64,000 nucleotides of DNA from NCBI RefSeq assembly GCF_001194135.2, contig NC_068986.1, forward strand, positions 111,314,023 to 111,378,022, in the 5' to 3' direction. Below, piece after piece: positions 52,083 through 63,693 of the stretch. Position 1 is the first letter of the stretch. Every line of letters starts with the position of its first letter. Source of the stretch: Octopus bimaculoides. Taxonomy: Eukaryota. The translations under genes were made by a program, and so were the position numbers. The notes under the pieces were generated by a model. The model made no database searches and had not been told where the DNA came from. It was given only the letters and a program-made list of their open reading frames with translations.

Positions 52083-52454
52083 GGCGCAAGAGTGACTGTG
52101 TGGTAAGTAGCTTGTTTATAAGCCACATAGTTCCGGGTTCATTCCCACTGCGTGGCAAGTTGGGAAAGTGTCTTCTGATATAGCCTCGGACCGGCCAAAG
52201 ACTTGTGAGTCGATTTGGCAGACAGAAACTGAGAGAAGCCCGTTGTATATATGTTTATATTTATGTATGTGTGTATATGTTTGTGTGTCTGTGTTTGTCC
52301 CACCAACATTGCTTGACAACGGATGGTGGTGTGTTTACATCCCCGTGACATAGCTGTTCGTCAAACTGGATCTATAGAATAAGTACTAGGCTTACAAAAA
52401 ATAAGTCCTGGGGTGGATTTACTCGACTAACTGACTGTAACAAGTAAAAGAGTA
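52083..52454 (+). mobile_element. tRNA-like SINE (family 2), near full length
   Basis: Head GGCGCAAGAGTGACTGTGTGGTAAG, box B-like GGGTTCATTCCC, CORE-like TTGGGAAAGTGTCTT, internal (TA/TG) tract, 3' end ACAAGTAAAAGAGTA. Confidence 0.85.
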
Positions 52455-53129
52455 CACGAGTATATATATATATATATATATATATATNNNNNNNNNNNNN
52501 NNNNNNNNNNNNNNNNNNNNNNNNNNNNNNNNNNNNNNNNNNNNNNNNNNNNNNNNNNNNNNNNNNNNNNNNNNNNNNNNNNNNNNNNNNNNNNNNNNNN
52601 NNNNNNNNNNNNNNNNNNNNNNNNNNNNNNNNNNNNNNNNNNNNNNNNNNNNNNNNNNNNNNNNNNNNNNNNNNNNNNNNNNNNNNNNNNNNNNNNNNNN
52701 NNNNNNNNNNNNNNNNNNNNNNNNNNNNNNNNNNNNNNNNNNNNNNNNNNNNNNNNNNNNNNNNNNNNNNNNNNNNNNNNNNNNNNNNNNNNNNNNNNNN
52801 NNNNNNNNNTATATATATATATATATATATGTGTATACCTATATACATACACACGCACACATGTATACATATATACATATATACCCATACACATACCCAC
52901 ACTCATATATTTATGCATGCGTCCGTATGTTTGTCTGTAATTTAAAATACTAATAGCTTTCACGGGAGGAAATTCATTCTAAATAAAAGAAATTACTTTC
53001 AAATCTTTAGCTAGAAAATAGAAATATACTCTCGACTTCTATCGTTATATACGATGATTGAATCTTACTGCAAGAAAACTGAAGATAAATTGTTATAGAT
53101 GAAATTAAATTAATCATTCATGATATTAG

Positions 53130-53715
53130 TATTGGCGCTTCACATAGTTTCACATTATGCCGGTACCTGGGTTCTGTATAGCTGCTGCCAGTTGCGGTAA
53201 TAGTTTAAAATGTAGCTCCTGTCATTTGCTCAGTACAGGATATATTGTAATTAAGCCGAGACTGTTACTGGTAGCAGTAGCAATGGTAGTTGCATCAGAA
53301 GTATTAGTGGCAGTATCTATCAAACTAGTAGCAACAGTAGTAAAAGCTTATGCATCAATTGTAATAGTGGGGAAAATGGTAGAATTCCTAGAGGTGGTCT
53401 TAGTTCTTTGTGTCTCTCCTTCAGTTCCAGTCGGAAGTGAGAGCACTTCTGTAGCAGCTGAAATATCAGAAGCTGTAGCGGTAGAATCAATATACGTGGC
53501 CGTTTTAGTAGGTGTTATTCTTTGAAATGAAACGGTTTTTGTCTGTGCTCAAGGAAATTTTGATCAGTGGTATTCGTGTCGTGGCCGTCGTCAATATTTA
53601 CTCAAAGTGACGTAGACAAATTTTCTGCGCACCGAGGTAATTCATGGTTGTGTGGTTGTTTCCTTTTAAAGTTGTCTTCTGCAATCGTGAAATTGTTTTC
53701 AGTCGATGATCATAA
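53130..53715 (-). pseudogene. Decayed Thr/Ser/Ala-rich low-complexity coding remnant of unknown origin
   Basis: RITPTKTATYIDSTATASDISAATEVLSLPTGTEGETQRTKTTSRNSTIFPTITIDA*AFTTVATSLIDTATNTSDATTIATATSNS, with stops and frameshifts. The plus-strand ORF 53157-53525 is its antisense shadow. Confidence 0.35.
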
Positions 53716-53834
53716 CGAATGTTGCTGTAATTTAGCCCCAGGCTACATCGTCTCCAGCTGGCTATACGACACGATCTGAGTCCTTATGTTTTTGAACAAG
53801 GGAATCTAGCACCCCCACACAGCTCAAAACAATA

Positions 53835-53879
53835 TCTTTGTATCGCGATTTCCGGGTTATTCCCCTTCATCAGTACAGA
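53835..53879 (-). ncRNA. Minimal type-I hammerhead-like motif (family A, intact CUGAUGA/GAAA core)
   Basis: UCUGUA CUGAUGA A GGG gaauaa CCC G GAAA UCGCGA UA CAAAGA; helix III is the palindrome AUCGCGAU; stem I has 4 of 6 pairs. Confidence 0.55.
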
Positions 53880-53930
53880 ATAACTGTTCGGCTAGAGGTG
53901 GCGCTGCCAAATTCCCGTTCGAACAATTAT

Positions 53931-53976
53931 TCTGTACTGATGAAGGGAAAAAAACCCGGAGATCGCGATTCACAGA
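53931..53976 (+). ncRNA. Minimal type-I hammerhead-like motif (family A, GAAA mutated to GAGA)
   Basis: UCUGUA CUGAUGA A GGG aaaaaaa CCC G GAGA UCGCGA UU CACAGA; stem I has 5 of 6 pairs. Confidence 0.5.
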
Positions 53977-55607
53977 GATTGTTTTGACCTGTGTTGGGGT
54001 GCTAGATTCCTTTGTTCGAAAATATAAGGACACAGATCGTGTCGTATAACCAGCTTGAGACGATGTCACCTGAGGCTAAATTACAGCAACATTCGCCCTA
54101 AACCAGGACTGCCATGTTATGTTGGCAAAAATCTTTACTCCAAAGTATTGTTGCTGAATATCTCTCGTTGTCAGATGTAAAAATAGTAATTTTATAAAAC
54201 AAGGATAGTTTGTCATGGATGGATTTCTCTGGATCCTACGCCAATTTGATCAGAACTGACATAGTATTAACTGAACATGAACATAAATTTAGGGATATGC
54301 TTTTTTAAGTTTTCTTCCTTCAGCAGTAATAGAAAATTGGTTCAGAAGGCTCATATAGTGTTGAGCCCCTTAGACGAAAGTGGGTGCTGAATGACTTTGT
54401 GAAATTGAATTTTAAACTGAATTGAAACATGAAATGACAACATTGATTGGATTTTAAGGTATAAAAGGAAAAAAATATTAACATATAAAAGTTTTGAGAG
54501 AAAATATAAATTGAGAAGAAAATATTTCGATTCAAATATAAGCTGACACCTTAATGTTAGGATTTGAAAAATGTCTAAAATTTAATTAATTTGTTATTTG
54601 AAAGACAGATGACAAAAGGAATGGACATGCGAATTCGGAGTTTAAAATTGTCATCGTTGAAACTAAGGTCATATCATATACTTTCTGCAGTGTGAAGAAT
54701 ATAGATTAAGAATTCGACACTATTTTCAGGAATGGAAAGCTACAGACGTTGATTAACGACACAGGATGTCAACCAGGCTTGAACATTTCAAGTATTTCCT
54801 AGTGAAATTGCAAGTAGAAGATAAACACCTGGAATATTCCAATGACTCAATTCACTTAAGAAAATCATTCAACCATAAATATATATGGATACATCATCGG
54901 GTATGATACACACACACATACACACATATTTATATTACGTATATATTATGTATTATATATATATATATATATACATATATATANNNNNNNNNNNNNNNNN
55001 NNNNNNNNNNNNNNNNNNNNNNNNNNNNNNNNNNNNNNNNNNNNNNNNNNNNNNNNNNNNNNNNNNNNNNNNNNNNNNNNNNNNNNNNNNNNNNNNNNNN
55101 NNNNNTATATATATATATATATATATATATTATACGTACGTACACAAGCATATACCTTGCACATTCATTGTTGCCCGGAATTGCAATCCAGTTCCTGATA
55201 TTTTGCAGGTTGTTTATTAAGATAGATGAAAGCCAAAATCTTTCAAAGGGCGGATGAACTCAGAATGTCAATAGTGATCCAGTTACATGGCATATATATG
55301 TATGTGCGCGTTTGTTGTTTTATGTGTGTGTGGTGTGTGCGTTCGTGTGCGTGTGTGTGTGCCTATGTGCGTGCGCGAGGGCGTAGAAAGCAATTGTTTG
55401 GTACATGAGTACGTATTTAATCTTCAAGCCGTAACAAAGGAACGCAGCTCAATTGAGTTTTTGGTAAACAATTATTCCAAACTTTTGTTATCACCGTTTC
55501 CAAATATCATGGCTGCTAATCCATAGGCCTTCAGCGGAGGAAATAAGTCATCGCCGTTAGAAATTTGGTAGTCCAAACACTAGATTTAAAACCGTCATGC
55601 ATGTACG

Positions 55608-55661
<54 letters not shown>

Positions 55662-55662
55662 C

Positions 55663-55701
<39 letters not shown>

Positions 55702-55707
55702 GAGATA
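55608..55707. repeat. (GATA)n microsatellite
   Basis: Directly visible. Confidence 0.97.
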
Positions 55708-56744
55708 GAAATTCTGAGAAGTATTATAAAAGATGTATAGTTAGTGGTAAATCCTCAAATCATTTCTAACATATTTATTTGTACTGAAGGGAGCATAAAA
55801 ATATACAGATTTAGTAGAGAAGCAAGAATATCTGGAGCATGAATGGTCAATAGTGATATTTCATAGAGAAATCCAAGCTGTCCGTGTATAACGTCATTAA
55901 CGGAGAGAATCTGTAGAGTTTTTTCGTTGCTTTCATAACTTATATTACTAGGAATCACTTATGAAAAGCTGGCCGTTAAGGAAATTATATTTGCATGTAT
56001 GATTGAGTTTGAATGTGTGTGGGTGTAGATATATACGGATGATGACGAGAAACGAAATCAGATACCACTTACTGTAACTTGCAAGATGAATGACTAGACT
56101 TACGATTATTCATGTGATTTTCCCCTTAGATCGTAGCGGTTCAAGTAAATTTAGTTGTCAATGTTTATGTGAACCCGCATGTCCATAAGAAATAAGGCAT
56201 GGTAATAGATTCAAAATAACGATATATACTCTTTTCTGACTCCTCCTTCACACAAAAGGGAGTTTAGTTCACTTTTCCGCTGATGACAGATGGATCTGAT
56301 TGTTCTGAATTTATTGACACCGCCGAAAGCATCTGCAGTAATAAGGTTTCGATGCGAAAATGAATTCAATATTATCCTACAAGTTAGCAGTCTCTATGGT
56401 TAGAAAGTGCATTACGGACGTCATCAACTGCAAAGTATTAATATCTAGAATAAAGGAAGTGCGGCTCTACTCGTGTCAAATGATTCGGTGGAAACTTGCG
56501 GAAAAGAACAGACCCTGCCTTTTTATCAGAGATGATCTCCTTGTATTTCAACCTATTCTGTGCAAATGCTTGAAATATTCTGAAAGCTATTATCCTGTTA
56601 AACTGTCTTAAACAATAATTGTTCATGCTATTAAGTTTAAAAGTATACATTATAAAATATTTGTTTTTATTTACATTATAAGATACCCATTTTTATTTAC
56701 TGCCTACCAAAAGCTATGCACTTCTACTACAATTTATCTATCGC

Positions 56745-56831
56745 TCTATCAGCTTATCTCTCTCCCTCCTTCTTTATCTATCTCCCTCCCTCTTTCTCTA
56801 TCTATCTATATATCTATCTATCTATCTATCG

Positions 56832-56914
<83 letters not shown>

Positions 56915-56922
56915 CATCCATA

Positions 56923-56970
<48 letters not shown>

Positions 56971-56990
56971 CATCCATCGATCTATCTATT
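56745..56990. repeat. (TATC)n / (TCC)-containing microsatellite
   Basis: Directly visible. Confidence 0.95.
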
Positions 56991-58690
56991 CCCTCCTAAA
57001 AGTTGTTGTTACGTTAGAATACAAAATGCGGTGATAGGTAACATGAGAGTGACCCTCGTTGGGCTTTTGTTGCATATAAAAACTTGTTTATGTCCACTGG
57101 TATCGCCAATAGCCAGCAGCCATATTAAAAAGAAATTACTTGCGACAATAATAACAAAATTTAATATCAATGTTCACTTAGAATTGGATGTTGTGTTATG
57201 TGATGCACGAAGATTCTATACTTATCGCTAGTGGAGATATCGTTACTATTTGCAGCAGTTGAGCGCCGAACATTGACTAAGACAGGAAAAGCCGAAAATA
57301 CGTGACCTGGTAGCCTCATCATTGGTGATGGCTGGTGATATACCACACCCATTAGAGTTCTTAAGAATTCCTTCTTTTCGTGTTTTGGATTTTCATCTGG
57401 TCTTTTCAGCATGTAAAAAGTCCTGTCAATGGTCTTCTTACCGTGTATAAAGCTTTAGGTAGGTAGGAAGGTAGGTAGGTACGCGTACGTACATGGTATT
57501 TATAAGTGCCTATATAAGTGTGACAAAGAAACTTGTAAAAAGAAAATGAATGCCTGAAAATGTTTATTAGAAAGGATCGTACTGCTCCTATGTTGGAACG
57601 TTATGAATAGAAAAATGCAAAATCTTATCCGTCACAAACAACTTCATAACTGTTTGTAATTGAGAGGTGACAACATTTAAGGGTAGCGAAATATTGCAAA
57701 TGTTTCTTCCTATTTATAAACTCACTAATCAATGTGCAACGTACCTAGCGTTGATTATACACACAGACACACGCACAGACAGACACACAACCACAAACAC
57801 ACACAAATACACCGCGAGACAAAGAGAGAGAGGTAGAGAAAGTGAAAGAGGGAAAAGGAGAAATAAAAAGAATGACACATAGATATATGCATATATATGT
57901 GTGTCTATACATACACACATATATATACATATGTATGTGTATACGTATATATACACACATACGTACCCAACCACATATATATATATATATATATGTGTGT
58001 GTATGTGTGTACATACCTATTCCACTTGCAAATACGCACACCCATTAATATGTACAGTAGTAGAGAGAGAGAGCGGGGAGACGCACGGGAGTATATAGAT
58101 GAAATATGCACCTCTTTGCGTGAAAATGTCTGAAAGTCATTTGTCGTTGAGTGTAGGAGAATGTGTGTCTACCTCGACGCACTTACTTCCTTCTCAACGC
58201 AGATGGAGCGTTGCCAATTTTACTTTCTCAACTGAGAAAAATTTTATGAACATAATAATGCTCACTAAATGTCTTAGCCGAATGACCAGTCTGTTAAAGT
58301 TGTTGTTTTTCTTGGCAAGCCTCTGTAAATTTCATCATACTATGGAAAGTCTACCCACCCGTTGCACACACACAAACACATATATACACACACACATAAA
58401 CACTCACATACAAACACACATACTCATAAACATACATGCGCACTGACATCTATGGGAGTGTGTGTGCAATAAACACCTATCTACTTCTCTACCCATCTTT
58501 CTCACCTCACTTTTTCTCTCTCTCTCTCTCTCTGTATATATGTATGCATATATATATACATATATGTATGTATGTATCTCTCTCCCTCTCCCTCACTCTG
58601 TCTCCGTCTCTCGCTGTCTGTCTCTCTCTTTCTCTGTCTCTCTGTCTCTCTCTTTCTCTGTCTCTGTCTCTGTCTCTCTCTTTCTCCCTC

Positions 58691-58769
<79 letters not shown>

Positions 58770-59536
58770 TTATGGATGTATAATGCATGGATGTNNNNNN
58801 NNNNNNNNNNNNNNNNNNNNNNNNNNNNNNNNNNNNNNNNNNNNNNNNNNNNNNNNNNNNNNNNNNNNNNNNNNNNNNNNNNNNNNNNNNNNNNNNNNNN
58901 NNNNNNNNNNNNNNNNNNNNNNNNNNNNNNNNNNNNNNNNNNNNNNNNNNNNNNNNNNNNNNNNNNNNNNNNNNNNNNNNNNNNNNNNNNNNNNNNNNNN
59001 NNNNNNNNNNNNNNNNNNNNNNNNNNNNNNNNNNNNNNNNNNNNNNNNNNNNNNNNNNNNNNNNNNNNNNNNNNNNNNNNNNNNNNNNNNNNNNNNNNNN
59101 NNNNNNNNNNNNNNNNNNNNNNNNNNNNNNNNNNNNNNNNNNNNNNNNNNNNNNNNNNNNNNNNNNNNNNNNNNNNNNNNNNNNNNNNNNNNNNNNNNNN
59201 NNNNNNNNNNNNNNNNNNNNNNNNNNNNNNNNNNNNNNNNNNNNNNNNNNNNNNNNNNNNNNNNNNNNNNNNNNNNNNNNNNNNNNNNNNNNNNNNNNNN
59301 NNNNNNNNNNNNNNNNNNNNNNNNNNNNNNNNNNNNNNNNNNNNNNNNNNNNNNNNNNNNNNNNNNNNNNNNNNNNNNNNNNNNNNNNNNNNNNNNNNNN
59401 NNNNNNNNNNNNNNNNNNNNNNNNNNNNNNNNNNNNNNNNNNNNNNNNNNNNNNNNNNNNNNNNNNNNNNNNNNNNNNNNNNNNNNNNNNNNNNNNNNNN
59501 NNNNNNNNNNNNNNNNNNNNNNNNNNNNNNNNNNNN

Positions 59537-59571
<35 letters not shown>

Positions 59572-59661
59572 CACAGGATATATACACATGCAATATATAT
59601 GTAAGTATATATATATATATATATATACTTATATATATATGCAGACACACACACATATATA

Positions 59662-59974
59662 CACAGGCTGCGAGTCGTAAATTGTCGCCATCTTATATTT
59701 TAATTTCGCGCATGTGCATTGTTTGTTTGGGATTTTGCACGATGACGCAATTCTCTCTGCCAGAAATTTGGAAGCGAGATGCTGTACCGCTTGGTATTCG
59801 CGCCAGAAGAACCAATACGAATATTTCAGAGTGTTTGGGTATGAATATGAGGACATGTACCGTGAGTGATGAAAATGGCGACGTAATGCCTCCATACATC
59901 TTCCACACAGCCACAGATTCAACACGGAGACCGACACCTAGAACCCACATCTGTGTGTGCGTGTGTATGTGTGT

Positions 59975-60018
<44 letters not shown>

Positions 60019-60519
60019 ATGTATAAGATAGGTGTATAGATGTATTTACCAAAATTACATAAAAATATATTGAAATTTTAAAGGGTAAATTTATGCTGCA
60101 CTTTGTCAGGAGGGTGGCTGCTGGAAGTCCCACCCTCTGACAACAGGATCCTGCATCATCCCACAGAAGCAGAAGAACACCGTCATGGCTCTCAGACAAT
60201 TTCAGTGACCACATCAGCTCTAACAACTGACAACCTAACTTACCAGACGGCAACGCCCTCCAGTAATATGTGTGGAGCGCACTTGAGCGGGAGACCAACA
60301 AAACTCCTTCTTGAACCAAAGACGAACTGAAGGCAAGAATGATGGCAGCATTCACTGGCTTAAACAAGGAGTCGCTACAGAAGTGTTGCAGACGATTCCG
60401 AAGTTATCTGGAAGCCGAGGTTGGGGCCAGTGGCGATTTTATTGAATACATTTACTCTTTAATATTTCAATATATTTTTATGCAATTTTGGTAAATACAT
60501 CTATTCACCGCATCCTGTG
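59662..60519 (+). mobile_element. Tc1/mariner DD37D (maT-type) DNA transposon, internally deleted and rearranged, pseudogenised
   Basis: ATG at 59742 gives MTQFSLPEIWKRDAVPLGIRA...NISECLGMNMRT, jumping to NGDVMPPYIF. Positions 60138-60446 read *QQDPASSHRSRRTPSWLSDNF...*QPNLPDGNALQ*YVWSALERETNK...GDFIE, with 37 residues between the second D and the third catalytic position. Termini CAGGCTGCG and CGCATCCTG are short imperfect TIRs. Confidence 0.85.
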
Positions 60520-61470
60520 CATACAGACACATACACACACACAAACACACACACGCAGACGCACAGACACATGCGCAATTGGTTTGCATACGGTTTCCCT
60601 CTACTGAATTCCATCAACAGCCATAGACCACACAGTCATAAATTATCTTGATGTAAAGAAAAGATTCTATATGGATTTAAGGCAATATTCACGACATCTC
60701 GATGTGAATAGCACTGATGAAAGTCTCCTTGGTCGTAAAAAAATGATTGTAACAAAGGAAAATGATTCGACATAATTCAACCAAACAATTAGTATGTTGT
60801 CTAACTCTGGAGGGAGGCGCTATGTCGTTTGTAGACTCTATGCCCATTGTAATATTACGAAATCTATAGGCGACTCTCTTTTGAAAGAATGGCACATGGA
60901 ACGTTGATCTCTTTGCACTCAACCTAATTAAAATACATCACATTTGTAGCTGGATTACTTTCATCATCGCTCGATTCGTGTAAAGTAAATTCGAGGCTAA
61001 ACGGCAAAAACAAGTAAATGAAGATGTCGTCAAGTTGTCAGTACCACCATGAGTTCATGTCAAAGATAATGAATTCTTCTAAATAACCTAGGCTAATTAT
61101 CACTAATAATGTACAGCAATTATCTTGATTACACTATAATTGTAAGTGAATATTAAATATTTACAATGCGAAGAATATTACAAACAAACGTAATTTCGTA
61201 TCGATTGCATAAACTGAAGTTCTGTTACAATTTTTTTCAGAATTAAAAAGTGTAATGTAAATGAAAGAATGCCTATGCATTCAAATATATACATGCACAC
61301 ACACACACACACAAAACACACACACACACACACACAAACACACTCACATAGACAGACATACACACACACACATACAAACGCATGCACGAACACACACGCA
61401 CGCAAACACCTACATACGCGCGCACATACGCGGACACGCACATACACTCACAGCATAGAAACACACACAG

Positions 61471-61512
<42 letters not shown>

Positions 61513-61697
61513 CTGAAATTTACAGAAAAACAAAACCAAAAGACAGCTGTATAAACAAAAGGCAAGTATATTAGCTTGACGCTCGCGAAGGTGAGAAAAT
61601 ATTTTACGTTTCGAGCCTATGCCCTTCAACAGAAAGGAACCCGAAGAAACAGAGAAAGAATGAAAAACATTTTGAGCTAACGGTCAATCATGGCGAC
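61513..61697. repeat. Dispersed repeat family B, copy 2, with a hammerhead-like motif at 61601-61636 (-)
   Basis: Minus strand CUUU CUGUUGA A GGGC auag GCUC GAAA CG UA AAAU; colinear with 43838-44010. Confidence 0.7.
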
Positions 61698-61974
61698 TGG
61701 CTTGACAAAGGTAGTTAGACAGCAGACTGGAAAGAAGGAGAGATAATAAAGTATTGGTAATCCCAAAACAAATCCCCGTAACGCTAAATCATTTAATTAC
61801 ATTTATTTTTATTTCTATATACTTTCAAAAAGGTAAACGAAAACCTATGGTTGCAAAAAGGTATCACTTCAGTAAATCGATTTAAAGATTTTGGCCCCAA
61901 AACTTAAGGATTGCAAGGGATTTCTTTACACACAAATTACACTTATTTATATTTACTCTGAAGTTAGGCGTTGG

Positions 61975-62694
61975 TGAAATAACGGACCATTCCAGAGAAA
62001 TAAAAGGTCTAAGCACACGCCAGAAAAGGTCACAGGCACACGCCAGAAAAGGTCTAAGCACACACCAAAAAATGTCACAGCACACACCAGAAAAGGTCAC
62101 AGCACACGCCAAAAAAGGTCACCGCACTCGCCAGAAAAGGTCACAGCACACACCAGAAAAGGTCACAGCACACGCCAAAAAAGGTCACCGCACTCGCAAG
62201 AAAAGGTCACAGAAAACGAGAAAGCAACCATACTCTGGGATATGCCATTACACACAGATAGAGAAATTAAGGCCAATAGGCCAGATATAGTTGTCAGAAA
62301 TCACGAAGGAAAAAATGCTTTCTAATTGATGTATCAATACCAGTAGATGACAACGTTTCCCTAAAAGAAATGGAAAAACTTTCTAAATACAAAGACCTGG
62401 AAATAGAGATAACTCGAATGTGGAATCTAAAAACAAAAACAATTCCTATCATAGTAGGGGCCTTAGGTATAATAAAAAAAAATATTCAGACAAATACATA
62501 TCAAAAACACCAGGACTTAACAAATATATATAACATACAGAAAATTGCACTACTGGGCACTGCACACATCCAACGCAAAACAATTTCAATACAGTAACCA
62601 TAAGAGCATCACAGCAAACCACAGCACATACCCAAGGCACACAGAGCTGCGCTCGGTAATGAAGCGAAAGCACGTTATGAAAATAAAACTACTA

Positions 62695-62758
<64 letters not shown>

Positions 62759-62760
62759 TC
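61975..62760 (+). mobile_element. R4/Dong-type LINE 5'-truncated copy with (TAA)n tail
   Basis: ENEKATILWDMPLHTDREIKANRPDIVVRNH...IDVSIPVDDNVSLKEMEKLSKYKDLEIEITRMWNLKTKTIPIIVGALG is the PD-(D/E)xK RLE; 3' UTR shared with 25025-25111; (AAT)n at 62696-62757. Confidence 0.9.
62013..62211 (+). repeat. 22-bp minisatellite (9 units, consensus GCACACRCCAGAAAAGGTCACA) with a 66-bp higher-order duplication
   Basis: Units start at 62013, 62036, 62058, 62080, 62102, 62124, 62146, 62168 and 62190; units 4-5-6 recur as 7-8-9. Confidence 0.95.
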
Positions 62761-63641
62761 AATAACAACGAGGATATTGCTAGTAGTAGTATCAATGTTA
62801 GTATTAGAGTAAATATTAAGAATATTAATGTATTTTGCTTTCATCGATTAAAACGCTTGGATGTAATGATTACATTAGTGGATGACAGTGGTGGAGATGG
62901 TAGGGTCGTTTAGGAAATGCAATCTTATGATAATGTTAGCTACAATATCAATATCAAAGATGCAGCACATGAATATACATTAAACAGGCATTAAAAGTGC
63001 AGATATCAAAAGTCAGTATTCCATAAGTTTCATTATTCCTTGCTCGTAGATCGTATTTCGCCTATCTCTCTCCAAAATTATTACTGCAAATATATATATA
63101 TATATATATANNNNNNNNNNNNNNNNNNNNNNNNNNNNNNNNNNNNNNNNNNNNNNNNNNNNNNNNNNNNNNNNNNNNNNNNNNNNNNNNNNNNNNNNNN
63201 NNNNNNNNNNNNNNNNNNNNNNNNNNNNNNNNNNNNNNNNNNNNNNNNNNNNNNNNNNNNNNNNNNNNNNNNNNNNNNNNNNNNNNNNNNNNNNNNNNNN
63301 NNNNNNNNNNNNNNNNNNNNNNNNNNNNNNNNNNNNNNNNNNNNNNNNNNNNNNNNNNNNNNNNNNNNNNNNNNNNNNNNNNNNNNNNNNNNNNNNNNNN
63401 NNNNNNNNNNNNNNNNNNNNNNNNNNNNNNNNNNNNNNNNNNNNNNNNNNNNNNNNNNNNNNNNNNNNNNNNNNNNNNNNNNNNNNNNNNNNNNNNNNNN
63501 NNNNNNNNNNNNNNNNNNNNNNNNNNNNNNNNNNNNNNNNNNNNNNNNNNNNNNNNNNNNNNNNNNNNNNNNNNNNNNNNNNNNNNNNNNNNNNNNNNNN
63601 NNNNNNNNNNNNNNNNNNNNNNNNNNNNNNNNNNNNNNNNN

Positions 63642-63693
<52 letters not shown>

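Larger units (their letters stand above)
53716..54095. repeat. Head-to-head inverted repeat (arms about 175 bp, 29-bp spacer), pLTR-like, with a hammerhead-like motif in each arm
   Basis: 53716-53890 is the reverse complement of 53920-54095 (high identity by eye). Motifs at 53835-53879 (-) and 53931-53976 (+). Confidence 0.9.
2488..63641. other. 22 assembly gaps (N-runs), mostly bordered by (TA)n or (CA)n tracts
   Basis: Largest at 29736-30713, 49427-50414, 58795-59536, 51112-51811, 35557-36189 and 41495-42103; about 8.4 kb in total by manual count. Confidence 0.98.

Noticed and set aside
53157-53525. 122-aa Val/Ala-rich plus-strand ORF
   Set aside because: Antisense shadow of the Thr/Ser-rich minus-strand remnant.
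53891-53906. CTCF-like AGGTGGCGC in the spacer of the inverted repeat
   Set aside because: The 5' half of the motif does not match; expected by chance.
56280-56340. CTGATGA...GAAA possible hammerhead
   Set aside because: Stem II closes far from GAAA, and there is no helix III or stem I; CTGATGA at about 13526 and 47552 also lack the fold.
62013-62211. CRISPR-like array
   Set aside because: Units are contiguous with no unique spacers, the context is eukaryotic, and the unit derives from a LINE.
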